64,000 nt of DNA from Synergistales bacterium (lineage in GTDB: Bacteria > Synergistota > Synergistia > Synergistales > JAFGMB01): NCBI GenBank assembly GCA_963666205.1, contig OY762654.1, forward strand, positions 2,816,001-2,880,000, in the 5' to 3' direction. The notes below the pieces were generated by a model. It had not been told where the DNA came from. It did not search any database and was given only the letters and a program-made list of their open reading frames with translations. The first letter of the stretch is position 1. The number at the start of each line of letters is the position of its first letter. Shown here piece by piece: positions 18,583-28,704 of the stretch. The position numbers and the translations under genes are program-made.

Positions 18583-19773
18583 CTATCCGATCTCTTTGAG
18601 GAATCGACTCAGCCTTTTCATACCTTCTGTGATCTCTTCTTTGGAGTTAGAATAAGAGATCCTGATATTTCCAGGTGCCAGGAATGCGTTTCCAGGTACA
18701 GCTGCTACATATTCATGGTCCAGGAGGAGACTGCAGAAAGAGCTGTCATCAGAAATCTCCAAACCTCTATATTTGAGTCCTATGGTCTTTTCAACATTGA
18801 TCCACACGTAAAAAGCGCCTCTTGGTTCCTCGAAGGAAATATATGGCATATCCTCAAGAAGGCTTAGTATGAGATCTCTTCGTTTGCTGAATTCTATTCT
18901 CATAATCTCAATATCAGGCTCAGCATGTCTTATGGCTCCCAGGGCTGCCCATTGAGCTATTGAACAGGGATTTGATGTCATATGTCCCTGGATAGCTCCC
19001 ATTTTAGAGATAATTTCATTGGGACCTATGGCATAACCGATTCTCCAGCCTGTCATGGCATAGGCCTTGCTGACGCCATTGATAATGACTGTCAGATCCC
19101 TGACCCTTGGCTCAACTGCCACGATCTCGTGATGAGATGCATCTCCGTAGACAAGCCTTTCGTATATTTCGTCGTATACAATAACAATATTATTTTCAAT
19201 CGCTATATCTGCTATGGCTTTCAATAATTTGCTGCTATATACTGATCCAGTGGGATTGTTGGGTGTATTAAGTATCATACATTTTGTTCTTGGAGTTATT
19301 GCTTTTTTAATTTCTAGAGGGTCTGGTACGAATGATGTATCCTTCGTATCAACTATAACTTCTTTCCCGCCAAAGAGCCTAATCTGTTCCACATAGCTGA
19401 CCCAGGCAGGGGCAAAGACTATTACTTCGTCACCTTCATCAAGAAGACATCCCATGGCCTCATAAAGAAGAGGTTTGGCACCGGCTCCGACAATTATTTG
19501 TTCAGGATCATATTCAAGGTCAAAATGTGTTCTGTAATAAGAAGCTATGGCTTCCTTTAATTCCGGGATTCCTGTTGCTGGTGTATAATGAGTTTTCCCA
19601 TTTTCTATCGCATCTGTTGCATATTTCAAAGCAGAAGAGGGAGATGAAAAATCAGGTTCTCCAGCGCCAAAGGAAATAACAGGTTTCCCCTCTCGTTTTA
19701 AGCTTTTTGCTTTTCCTACCACTGCGAGAGTTCCGGAAGGTAGTAAATTCTGTGCTCTTTTCGAAAGATCCAT
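18583..19773 (-). CDS. PLP-dependent class I aminotransferase (aspartate aminotransferase-like)
   Basis: GAGEPDF, NTPNNPTG, DEIYE, SKAYAMTGWRIG, RISY. Confidence 0.93.
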   Translation of the reverse strand: MDLSKRAQNLLPSGTLAVVGKAKSLKREGKPVISFGAGEPDFSSPSSALKYATDAIENGKTHYTPATGIPELKEAIASYYRTHFDLEYDPEQIIVGAGAKPLLYEAMGCLLDEGDEVIVFAPAWVSYVEQIRLFGGKEVIVDTKDTSFVPDPLEIKKAITPRTKCMILNTPNNPTGSVYSSKLLKAIADIAIENNIVIVYDEIYERLVYGDASHHEIVAVEPRVRDLTVIINGVSKAYAMTGWRIGYAIGPNEIISKMGAIQGHMTSNPCSIAQWAALGAIRHAEPDIEIMRIEFSKRRDLILSLLEDMPYISFEEPRGAFYVWINVEKTIGLKYRGLEISDDSSFCSLLLDHEYVAAVPGNAFLAPGNIRISYSNSKEEITEGMKRLSRFLKEIG

Positions 19774-20009
19774 TTGTATATCAAACTCCTTTCTTGAGGC
19801 CTGAAAACAGGCTAAAGGTTATTATACTAAAATTATGGATATTTTTTCCCTTTACCTAACAAAAGATAATTCTAAAAGGATCACCTTTAGAGTAGCTGAA
19901 ACTGAAAAGATAAGCAGATAATTAAACCAGCAAAGTATTAAACAGGATTGCTCTAAATTATCACGGATGTTACAATAAACAAAATCGTACTTGGATTGGA
20001 GGGGTATTT

Positions 20010-20555
20010 ATGGACATACGCTTTTTAACCAGGAATGTTGAAATGAACGACGAGCTTCAGGATTACATGGAGTCCAAAATGTCCAAACTGGAGAAGTTCT
20101 TCAGTAAGATACTCAATAGCCAGGTAGTGATCTCTTTTCACCGTGGAAAGTACGGTGTTGAGGTGACTTCCAACGCCAATGGTCTGATAATGCGTGGTGA
20201 AGAGCGAGACGCTGATGTTCGCAGGGCTTTTGACAAGGCTTTGAAGAATCTGGAAAGACAGATCAAGAAACACAAAGAATATTTAAAGGATAGAGCTAAG
20301 CTTAAAACCCAGGAAGTTTCTTTTAATATCGAAGGTTTCATGAATGAAATCGAGAGCGCTTCCTCTGAAGAAGAACGGGAAATAGTCAAAACCAAGACTT
20401 TTTCTGTTCGCGCAATGACAGCTACAGAAGCGACTATGCAGATGGATCTTTTGGGACACAGTTTCTTCCTTTTCAAAAATATGGATACTGGTTCCCTCAA
20501 CGTGGTATATAAGAGGCAAAAGGGTGGTTATGGTCTTTTAGAGCCAACGGAATGA
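20010..20555 (+). CDS. hpf: Long ribosome hibernation promoting factor
   Basis: N-terminal RaiA domain plus C-terminal EA..QMDLLGHSFFLF...NVVYKR..GGYGL. Confidence 0.95.
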   Translation: MDIRFLTRNVEMNDELQDYMESKMSKLEKFFSKILNSQVVISFHRGKYGVEVTSNANGLIMRGEERDADVRRAFDKALKNLERQIKKHKEYLKDRAKLKTQEVSFNIEGFMNEIESASSEEEREIVKTKTFSVRAMTATEATMQMDLLGHSFFLFKNMDTGSLNVVYKRQKGGYGLLEPTE

Positions 20556-20573
20556 TAGGTTGATGTTTATTTT

Positions 20574-20599
20574 AGGGACCCTTTCGAGGGTCCCTTTTT
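20574..20599 (+). terminator. Terminator after hpf
   Basis: AGGGACCCT-TTCG-AGGGTCCCT plus T run. Confidence 0.9.
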
Positions 20600-20704
20600 G
20601 TTTGTCTGAATAAAGGGTGCCAAGGTTGAATTCAGAAGTACCTTGCCGTTATACTAAGCTTTTCGCCGGGGGGTAATCCTCCTGGCAGAAGATGGAGGTT
20701 AAGC

Positions 20705-21058
20705 ATGCATGAAATGTCCCTGGTAGAGTCCATAATGGATGCTATCCTTGAAATGAAAGAACAGAACGAATGGGGTGGGATCAGAAAGATTGTTCTTAGA
20801 ATAGGGGATATGAGGCAGGTTATCCCTGAAATAATGGTATTTGCTTTCAGGACTGCTTCAGTTTCAACACCTCTTGAAGGTGCCGAACTTGTTATAAAGG
20901 CGGTAAAATTACATTTCAAGTGTAATGACTGTCAAAAAGAGTGGGGAGAGGAGAATATGGCTTTTCTCTGTCCTTTTTGTGGAAGTTTTGAAGTTAAACT
21001 GATTCATGGAATGGAATTGGAAATTGAAAGTCTGGAGGTTGACGATACAAATGACTAA
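20705..21058 (+). CDS. hypA: Hydrogenase nickel metallochaperone HypA
   Basis: N-terminal MHE, two CxxC motifs (CNDC, CPFC), GMELEIESLEV. Confidence 0.95.
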   Translation: MHEMSLVESIMDAILEMKEQNEWGGIRKIVLRIGDMRQVIPEIMVFAFRTASVSTPLEGAELVIKAVKLHFKCNDCQKEWGEENMAFLCPFCGSFEVKLIHGMELEIESLEVDDTND

Positions 21059-21707
21059 AAAAGTGGAAATCAAACAATCAGTTATGGCAGCTGATGAAAA
21101 GATAGCTCAAAAGATCAGGTCGGTCAGCAGGGATAAGGGTATTCTGATCATAAACCTTATTGGATCACCGGGAGCAGGTAAAACTACGGTTCTTGAGGCG
21201 ACCTGTAAAGCTGCTGATTTCAGATTTGCTGTAATCGAAGGTGATATAGCAACTACCCGAGATGCTGAGCGTATAGCTTTATTAGGGGTTCCTGCAGTTC
21301 AGATCAATACTCATGGTGGCTGTCATCTTGAAGCTAACCTTGTCGAAAGCGCTTTTAATGAGCTGGATCTTGATTCTCTCGACGTGATCTTTATAGAGAA
21401 TGTGGGTAATCTGGTATGTCCTGTTGAATTTGACCTTGGCGAAGATTATAAGGTTGCAGTCAACAGTATTCCGGAAGGTTCTGATAAACCACTCAAGTAT
21501 CCACACCTTTTCCATAAGGCTGGAGCTGTCCTTCTTACAAAACTGGACCTGCTTCCATATATCAGTTTTGATAAGGAACTTTTTGAAAGTGATGTTTTTA
21601 AACTTAACCCCAGGGTTTCTTTAATAGAGATGGTACCTGTTCAAGGGAAAGGTATCGAGGAGTGGGTAAAACTTGTTAAAGGGTGGCTTGAGGAGAAGCG
21701 TGGCTGA
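21051..21707 (+). CDS. hypB: Hydrogenase nickel incorporation GTPase HypB
   Basis: GSPGAGKT, IEGD, GCHLEA, ENVGNLVCP, DKPLKYP, TKLDL; start at ATG 21051 after GGAGG. Confidence 0.95.
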   Translation: MTKKVEIKQSVMAADEKIAQKIRSVSRDKGILIINLIGSPGAGKTTVLEATCKAADFRFAVIEGDIATTRDAERIALLGVPAVQINTHGGCHLEANLVESAFNELDLDSLDVIFIENVGNLVCPVEFDLGEDYKVAVNSIPEGSDKPLKYPHLFHKAGAVLLTKLDLLPYISFDKELFESDVFKLNPRVSLIEMVPVQGKGIEEWVKLVKGWLEEKRG

Positions 21708-23683
21708 TGGTTTTAAAGGAGAACATCCTCAATACCCTTAACCCTATGCAGAAAGAAGCTGTTGAATACTGTATGGGGCCCCTTCTTGTCCTTGCAGGAG
21801 CTGGTAGCGGCAAGACAAGGGTTCTTACACACAAGATCGCTTTCCTGATAGAAGAAAAAGATGTGGATCCTGCCTCAATACTTGCTGTAACTTTTACCAA
21901 TAAGGCAGCAAATGAAATGAAAGAGAGAGTGAGCAGGCTTATCGGACCGTCTTCATCGAGAATGCAGGTTTCTACTTTTCACGCCTATGGGCTTAATTTT
22001 CTGTTTCGTAACAGAGATCATCTTGAAAAATTCGGTTTAAAGAAACACCTTGTTATTTTCGACAGAAATGACAGTAGATCCCTGGTAAAAACTATTCTCG
22101 ATGAATTGAATCTGGATCCGAAACAAATAGAACCATCCTGGGTTCTTGACCAGATCTCTAAAGCAAAGACCGGTTCTGACCCCGTAACTCTTGTCCCGAG
22201 GAATCTCGAAGGTGTAATGATCCAGATCTTTGAAAAATATCAGAAGTCGCTCATGGCGCAGAGTGCCATTGACTTTGATGATCTTCTCCTTTTGCCGCTT
22301 CATCTTCTGTCTACAGAAAAAACTCTCCTGGAGAATGAAAGACGCAGGATCGAATGGATTCTTGTTGATGAGTACCAGGATGTGAACCAGATTCAATACC
22401 AGCTTCTGCGCAAGCTTATTGGGAAGGGTAAAAATATCATGGTAGTCGGAGATCCTGACCAGTCGATCTATGGCTGGAGAGGTGCTGATATGTCTATGAT
22501 ACTGAACTTTGAGCATGATTTTCCCAACGCCAATGTTGTAATTCTGGCGCAGAATTACAGATCTACCGGGAATATTCTCAATGCATCAAATGCACTTATT
22601 ATGAGTAATGCAAATCGCAAGAAGAAGGATCTCTGGACAACAAATAATATGGGAGACAAGGTTTATCATCTTCTTGCTGGAAATGAGAGGGAGGAGGCCT
22701 TTTTCCTGGCCTCAGAGATAAAAAAACTGGTAATGCAGGGTCACAGGTACCAGGATATTGCTGTTCTTTACAGGATAAATGCAATGAGCCGCCTGTACGA
22801 AGAAGTTTTTATCAGAATGAATATTCCGTACAGAATCGTAAGAGGTACTGCTTTCTATGAAAGAAAGGAGGTAAAGGATGTCCTTTCTTTCATGAGATTG
22901 GCGGTGAACCCAATGGACCGTCCTTCCATGTTCCGCGTGGGGAATCTTCCTTCAAGGGGCATTGGGAAAAAAAGCCTTGAAAAACTTTCTTCCTTTGTCT
23001 CAGAGTTTCAGGATCAGGAAGCTTCAGAAATCTGGCAGAGGCTTGTTCAAAGTCAGGGAGATCTGAGGGGAAAGGCCGGTTTGGGAGTTAGTGAATTAGC
23101 CGGGCATATGCTAAGGATACTTGAACTTTCAGAAGATCCATCTTCAATGCTGTATTATATTCTTGATAATATAGGTTACGAAGAAATCCTTCGTAAGGAT
23201 GCTCCTGATAACTGGCAGGACAAGGTGGATAATGTCAGAGAACTGTTATCCCTGGTACCACCTGGAGGAAATCTCACCGAGATCCTTGCGCAGGTAGCAC
23301 TTTTTACTGATCTGGAAATGGGAGGAGACGAAGATCAAGCGTGTGTAAATCTTCTGACCCTTCACGCGGCCAAGGGTCTTGAATTTCCTGTGGTCTTCCT
23401 TGTAGGATTGGAAGAGGCCATCTTCCCTCATTTCCGGTGTCTTGAAAGCCGTGATGATCTGGAAGAGGAACGTAGACTCTGCTATGTCGGAATGACAAGA
23501 GCCGAAGAAAAACTATATATGGCTGGAGCAAGGAGCAGGAGATTATTCGGTACGGTCTACCGCAATGGTTTTTCCCGCTTTTTCTGGGAGATCCCTGATA
23601 AATACAAAGTCATTGATGACAGGGGCAAGGAGGAAAAAGTCGATGCTGGTCTTGGGGGTAACTGGAGACGTAGGAGCTGGTAA
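21707..23683 (+). CDS. pcrA: UvrD/PcrA-family DNA helicase
   Basis: AGAGSGKT, TFTNKAA, VDEYQD, VGDPDQSIYGWRGA, QNYRST, TLHAAKGLEF, EEERRLCYVGMTRA. Confidence 0.95.
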   Translation: MVLKENILNTLNPMQKEAVEYCMGPLLVLAGAGSGKTRVLTHKIAFLIEEKDVDPASILAVTFTNKAANEMKERVSRLIGPSSSRMQVSTFHAYGLNFLFRNRDHLEKFGLKKHLVIFDRNDSRSLVKTILDELNLDPKQIEPSWVLDQISKAKTGSDPVTLVPRNLEGVMIQIFEKYQKSLMAQSAIDFDDLLLLPLHLLSTEKTLLENERRRIEWILVDEYQDVNQIQYQLLRKLIGKGKNIMVVGDPDQSIYGWRGADMSMILNFEHDFPNANVVILAQNYRSTGNILNASNALIMSNANRKKKDLWTTNNMGDKVYHLLAGNEREEAFFLASEIKKLVMQGHRYQDIAVLYRINAMSRLYEEVFIRMNIPYRIVRGTAFYERKEVKDVLSFMRLAVNPMDRPSMFRVGNLPSRGIGKKSLEKLSSFVSEFQDQEASEIWQRLVQSQGDLRGKAGLGVSELAGHMLRILELSEDPSSMLYYILDNIGYEEILRKDAPDNWQDKVDNVRELLSLVPPGGNLTEILAQVALFTDLEMGGDEDQACVNLLTLHAAKGLEFPVVFLVGLEEAIFPHFRCLESRDDLEEERRLCYVGMTRAEEKLYMAGARSRRLFGTVYRNGFSRFFWEIPDKYKVIDDRGKEEKVDAGLGGNWRRRSW

Positions 23684-24533
23684 GTCTACTGTAACGAAAA
23701 TCTTTGCTGAATATGGAGCCTCTACAATAAATGCAGACCATATAGCCCATGAAATGTGGAAAAAGAAAGAGGTCCTTGCACAGGCAGCCGGAAGATGGGG
23801 AGAAGATATTATCCTTCCAGATGGCCGGATCAATCCCAGCCGGGTTGCTTCTATCGTTTTTTCTGATCGAAATGAATATGACTGGCTTTGCAATGTTTTA
23901 CATCCCCTTATACGTTCAGAAATGGAAAGAAGAGTCCTTTCCCTCGGAGGTTTTGTTGTTGCCGAGATCCCCCTCCTTTTTGAAAATGGGGTTCCCTGGT
24001 GGATAGATATAACAATGTATATTTCATCATCCTTTATAGAACGGGGAAAAAGGAATCTATCCCGTGGCTGGGGAGAAGATGAGATATTGAGAAGAGAAAG
24101 CTTCCTTCTTGATAGGAATGAAAAGATTTCCATGGCTGATATTGTTATAAGGAATGAAGGGCCTCTGGTATCCCTGAAGGAAAATATGTTATCGCTTTCT
24201 TCTAAGATGAAGAATTTTGCCTTCCTTTCGGAAATAACGATTATACTTCCTTCGCAACATGAGGCGATGATCCTGTCTTCATGTCTACTTTCAAGAAAAC
24301 TTGCATTAAATGTTGAATTATATCCTGTTTCGACCGTCTCTGTGTCGAACCAGGAACAGCGTGAGAATAAGCATTGGAAACTCGTTCTTCTGGCTTTTCA
24401 GAAGAACTTTAATCAGATACTTCAGACAACAACGGATTCTGGAGTGCCATCTGTAATAGCGCCTTTCCTGAAAGACGTAAAACGGCCCGGGAGTATATGG
24501 AAAAACTATATTCCAGAGGAAATAAGGGTATGA
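23643..24533 (+). CDS. coaE: Dephospho-CoA kinase with a C-terminal CutA-like extension
   Basis: LGVTGDVGAGKSTV, NADHIAH, LHPLI, EIPLLFE; start at ATG 23643 after AGGAGG; about 100 extra C-terminal residues. Confidence 0.88.
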   Translation: MLVLGVTGDVGAGKSTVTKIFAEYGASTINADHIAHEMWKKKEVLAQAAGRWGEDIILPDGRINPSRVASIVFSDRNEYDWLCNVLHPLIRSEMERRVLSLGGFVVAEIPLLFENGVPWWIDITMYISSSFIERGKRNLSRGWGEDEILRRESFLLDRNEKISMADIVIRNEGPLVSLKENMLSLSSKMKNFAFLSEITIILPSQHEAMILSSCLLSRKLALNVELYPVSTVSVSNQEQRENKHWKLVLLAFQKNFNQILQTTTDSGVPSVIAPFLKDVKRPGSIWKNYIPEEIRV

Positions 24534-27151
24534 AACTGATAACCAGTCACATCGGCAGTGATTTTGATTCACTTGCCAGCATGGTTGCTGCTTCCAAGCT
24601 TTACGAAGGAGCCGTCATGTGCTTTTCGGGTTCAGCCAGTCGTAATGTCAGGGAATTTGTGAAACGGTATCAGACAAGATGGAAGATCCTTACTCCCAGG
24701 AAAATCGATCTGGACGAAGTAACGAGCCTTATTGTTGTGGATACCAGATCCAGATCCAGAATAGGTAGTTTTACAACCCTTTTGGGAAGGCATGATATTG
24801 AAGTCCATGTGTATGATCACCACCCTTCCTCTTCTGATGATATAGCTGCTGATTACATGGTTATTGAATCCGTCGGTGCCACTACAACACTGCTGGTTGA
24901 AATTATCCTTGAAAAGGGGATACCAGTGTCATCTCATGAAGCAACTCTTTTTGCAATGGGAATTTACGAAGATACTGGCGGTCTGACTTTCGGAGCTACC
25001 TGCAGCAGAGATTTTGAAATGCTTTCAAGAATGAAAGAACTTGGAGCCGATCTTACCATGATCCCGTCACATGTGGAGATGTCCCTCAATGCATCAGAAA
25101 GAAGGATCCTCGATCTTCTTATTGAAAATGCCTGGCAGCGATATATAAATGGGGCCAGGGTAGTCCTTTCATATACAGCCTCATCGACATATATTGAAGG
25201 GCTCTCACTATTTGTGCATCGAATGAGAGATTATTTCGATGCTGATGTTGCAGTAGCTTCTGTCAAAATGGACAACAGAATTTATGTTGTTGCAAGAAGC
25301 CGTGAAGAAGTGCTTGATGTCGCTGCCTTTCTCGCCCCTCTTGGCGGAGGAGGTCACCCTCAGGCTGCTTCTGCAACACTGACTAACCGAAGGCCTGTCT
25401 CCATCCTGAAAGAACTTGAAAAAGAACTTGAAAAGCAGATAAAACCATCTATCACTGTGGCAGATGTTATGACTTCTCCTGTAATGGCAGTTGATCCCCG
25501 GACTTCAATAGATGATGCTTATCGTGCTATGATACGGTACGGTCATTCTGCGCTGCCCGTTATCCTGGAAGGTGATCCTGTAGGTATAATCACGAGAAAA
25601 GATCTGGATAAGGCCCGGTTGCATGGTTTTGGTCTTGCTTTTGTGGAAGAATTCATGACAGAGGGTATAATTACTATCCCTGTAAAGGCTTCGATTGCTG
25701 AAGCTCACCATATCCTTGTTGTTCACAACATAGGACGGATCCCTGTAATGGAAGGAAAGAACATTGTGGGGATTGTTACCAGGACTGATCTTTTAAGGGC
25801 TCTGTATCCTGCTTCACTGCCACCGGAGGACAGGCTTCTGACCAAGGAATTACCCTGGATGGAAGATCTTGGTGAGTACATGCATAAGATCCTTCCTTCA
25901 TGGTTGGAAATACTTCTTTACAAGCTGGGTTCCCGGGCTGCTGAGTTGGGTATGAACGCATATGTGGTTGGGGGTTTTGTCAGAGACCTGATCCTCAAGC
26001 GTCCTAATCTGGATCTCGATGTTGTTATCGAAGGAGATGCCATCAGTTTTATAAAATCCTGGGAGAAGGATGCCTGTCATGTCGCTATTCATTCCAAGTA
26101 TAAAACTGGAACCATAGTATTCCCGGATGGGAAAAAGGTTGATATTGCCACGGCAAGAAGAGAGTTTTATGAATACCCTGTGGCGCAGCCACAGGTCTCG
26201 AGTGATTCTCTCAAGCACGATCTTTACCGAAGAGATTTTACTATTAATGCCATGGCTATATCTATAAACTCGTCCAACTGGGGCCAGCTTATTGATTATT
26301 TCGGTGGCCGTAGAGACCTCCAGCGCAAGACGCTTAAAGTCCTTCACAATCTGAGTTTTGTCGAGGACCCTACCCGTATTATCCGAGGTATTCGCCTTGA
26401 ACAGAGATTAGGCTTTACACTTGAAGATAATTCATTGAGATTACTCAACAGCTGCGTAAAGGGGGGGTTGCTTTCTCTACTTTCCGGGTTCAGATTAAGA
26501 AGTGAACTGGAACTGAGTTTTATGGAAAAAAGACCCCATACTTTTCTTTATAGAATGGAGGATCTGGGTGTCTGGGAAATCCTTTTTCCAGGAATAAAGA
26601 TCGGGAAAATATCTTTACGGGTATTCAGAAGACTTTCTGCTTTTCTAAAAAGGATCTCTAAAGATCTTCCTTTCTTTGACGGAAAAGAATGGCTCGCATT
26701 TTTATGTGCTATGGTAATGGAATCAACAGATATTGTGCAATTTTCTGTGGAGGATAGATTGCATCTGTCTCCAGGAGAACGAAGGATCGTTAACAGTGCC
26801 CTTTCGGGTCTTGGGGCAGCAGAGCAGGAACTTGGTTACAGAACACCTGTTGCAAATTCCCTGATTTATATGTATTTATGGGAGTACGACTTTATTACAT
26901 GCCTTTTCTGGGCTGCTGTTACTAACAGATCCCGTGTCAGAAGAAGGATCATTCTTTATCTTACGCGACTTCACAGAGTAGAACCTATGCTAACTGGACG
27001 GGATCTCCTGGACCTGGGATTCAGGGAAGGTCCACTTATCGGAGATATTATTTTTGATCTGAAACTTGCTCGCCTGGATGGTGAATTGGAAACAAGGGAA
27101 GAAGAAATGGATTGGATCCGTAATAAATATATTGAAACCAAAGGAGAGTGA
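24530..27151 (+). CDS. cca: tRNA nucleotidyltransferase with N-terminal DHH/DHHA1 and CBS domains
   Basis: DFDSLAS, YDHH, GGGGHPQAASA, CBS pair, VGGFVRD, DLD, RRDFTINAMA, EDPTR. Confidence 0.9.
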   Translation: MKLITSHIGSDFDSLASMVAASKLYEGAVMCFSGSASRNVREFVKRYQTRWKILTPRKIDLDEVTSLIVVDTRSRSRIGSFTTLLGRHDIEVHVYDHHPSSSDDIAADYMVIESVGATTTLLVEIILEKGIPVSSHEATLFAMGIYEDTGGLTFGATCSRDFEMLSRMKELGADLTMIPSHVEMSLNASERRILDLLIENAWQRYINGARVVLSYTASSTYIEGLSLFVHRMRDYFDADVAVASVKMDNRIYVVARSREEVLDVAAFLAPLGGGGHPQAASATLTNRRPVSILKELEKELEKQIKPSITVADVMTSPVMAVDPRTSIDDAYRAMIRYGHSALPVILEGDPVGIITRKDLDKARLHGFGLAFVEEFMTEGIITIPVKASIAEAHHILVVHNIGRIPVMEGKNIVGIVTRTDLLRALYPASLPPEDRLLTKELPWMEDLGEYMHKILPSWLEILLYKLGSRAAELGMNAYVVGGFVRDLILKRPNLDLDVVIEGDAISFIKSWEKDACHVAIHSKYKTGTIVFPDGKKVDIATARREFYEYPVAQPQVSSDSLKHDLYRRDFTINAMAISINSSNWGQLIDYFGGRRDLQRKTLKVLHNLSFVEDPTRIIRGIRLEQRLGFTLEDNSLRLLNSCVKGGLLSLLSGFRLRSELELSFMEKRPHTFLYRMEDLGVWEILFPGIKIGKISLRVFRRLSAFLKRISKDLPFFDGKEWLAFLCAMVMESTDIVQFSVEDRLHLSPGERRIVNSALSGLGAAEQELGYRTPVANSLIYMYLWEYDFITCLFWAAVTNRSRVRRRIILYLTRLHRVEPMLTGRDLLDLGFREGPLIGDIIFDLKLARLDGELETREEEMDWIRNKYIETKGE

Positions 27152-27783
27152 GGGTATTGTTAGGATTCCCTTCTTTACCGATATTACTTTTAAGTATTCC
27201 TGCTGTTTTATGGGCAATAACCTTTCATGAATTCTGTCACGGATATGCGTCTTATAAACTTGGTGATCCAACAGCCTACATAAGGGGTCGATTGACTCTG
27301 AACCCATTAGCACATCTGGATCCCATAGGTGCATTGATGCTCCTGCTGTTCCGTTTCGGCTGGGCAAAGCCAGTTCCTGTAGATCCTCGATATTACAAGA
27401 ACCCCAAGAGGGATATCTTTATAGTATCCATAGCAGGTGTAACGGGGAACATAATTACTGCAATTCTGGTAGGTCTCATGGTTCGATTTCTCCCTGTTGC
27501 TGTTTTGAAAAACTTCGCTGTTTTCATGTTCATTCAGATGATGGTACTGATAAACATAGGACTGGCAGTTTTTAATCTTGTTCCTATTCCGCCTCTGGAT
27601 GGTTCCAAGCTGATTTATCCCCTGCTTCCCAGATCACTGCTCCAGAAATATTTCTGGCTTGAACGATACGGAATGTTTGTATTAATGGCACTCCTTTTTC
27701 TTGGTGTCCTTCAAAGAATAATGACGCCTATAGTAGGGCTTGTTTATCACATTATCCTCCCGAGCTATATGTGGCTCTTTTAA
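27148..27783 (+). CDS. Site-2 protease (peptidase M50)
   Basis: HEFCH zinc motif, GRLTLNPLAHLDP, FNLVPIPPLDG. Confidence 0.93.
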   Translation: MRVLLGFPSLPILLLSIPAVLWAITFHEFCHGYASYKLGDPTAYIRGRLTLNPLAHLDPIGALMLLLFRFGWAKPVPVDPRYYKNPKRDIFIVSIAGVTGNIITAILVGLMVRFLPVAVLKNFAVFMFIQMMVLINIGLAVFNLVPIPPLDGSKLIYPLLPRSLLQKYFWLERYGMFVLMALLFLGVLQRIMTPIVGLVYHIILPSYMWLF

Positions 27784-27798
27784 CTGGAGGATTTCATA

Positions 27799-28581
27799 AT
27801 GAAAATATTGCTGACGAATGATGATGGGGTATTTGCTCCAGGTATTTCCGTTATGGCCAATTTCCTGAATAAAAAGAATTACAATTCCTTTGTAGTGGCT
27901 CCAAACAGGGAAAGAAGCAGTGTGGGACATGCTATCACCCTCCACAGGCCACTAAGACTCTGGCGGGTTGAAAATGGCCCATATCCGGTTGGCTATCAGA
28001 CCTATGCATGTGACGGTACTCCTTCTGATTCGGTTGTTCTTGCGGTAGAAGAACTGGAACCAGAGACTTCCCTTGTCGTTTCAGGAATAAACAGAGGACC
28101 CAATGTCGCTGATGATCTTACCTATTCCGGCACGGTCTCAGCAGCAATGGAAGGTGTTATCCTCGGGTGTCCGGCTATAGCTGTTTCTCTGAATTCCAGC
28201 AGAGATGATGATGATGAAAATTATGAAACAGCAGCACACATTGTCTGCAAGGTCATTGAATGGATAAATGAAAACCCCCTTCCAAAGGGTGTACTTCTGA
28301 ATATCAATGTACCCAATGTTCCTTTATCACTCATTAAGGGTGTAAGGGTAACAAGGAAGGGAGTCCGGATATACGAAGGGAAAGTTACAAAACTGAACGA
28401 TCCCCACGGTAGAGTATATTTCTGGATTTCAGGCCGCCCCGAGGATCAGCTTGTAGAAGGATGTGATGTGTGGGCTCTGGCAAGGGGATATGTATCAATA
28501 ACACCCATACATATGGATATGACCTGTTATGAATGTCTGGAGGAAGTCAGAAATGGAGGATTGGAAACAATACTTTCATAA
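27799..28581 (+). CDS. surE: 5'/3'-nucleotidase SurE
   Basis: ILLTNDDG, DGTPSD, SGINRGPN, YSGTVSAAMEG. Confidence 0.97.
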   Translation: MKILLTNDDGVFAPGISVMANFLNKKNYNSFVVAPNRERSSVGHAITLHRPLRLWRVENGPYPVGYQTYACDGTPSDSVVLAVEELEPETSLVVSGINRGPNVADDLTYSGTVSAAMEGVILGCPAIAVSLNSSRDDDDENYETAAHIVCKVIEWINENPLPKGVLLNINVPNVPLSLIKGVRVTRKGVRIYEGKVTKLNDPHGRVYFWISGRPEDQLVEGCDVWALARGYVSITPIHMDMTCYECLEEVRNGGLETILS

Positions 28582-28596
28582 AAATCCTGCAGTATA

Positions 28597-28624
28597 TTGA
28601 CATCGGTTTAAAAAAGGATATAAT
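28597..28624 (+). promoter_or_regulatory. sigma70-type promoter of the argGH leader
   Basis: TTGACA-16 nt-TATAAT. Confidence 0.65.
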
Positions 28625-28704
28625 ACGTAACCATAGTTCACTTGATAGTCAGCCGAACTATGGTTTTTTATTGTAAGATGGCGGTATAAAAGAAAAACAA
28701 TAAT

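Noticed and set aside
18461-18655. 64-aa ORF in the frr-aminotransferase gap
   Set aside because: No RBS, and it is partly antisense to the aminotransferase gene.
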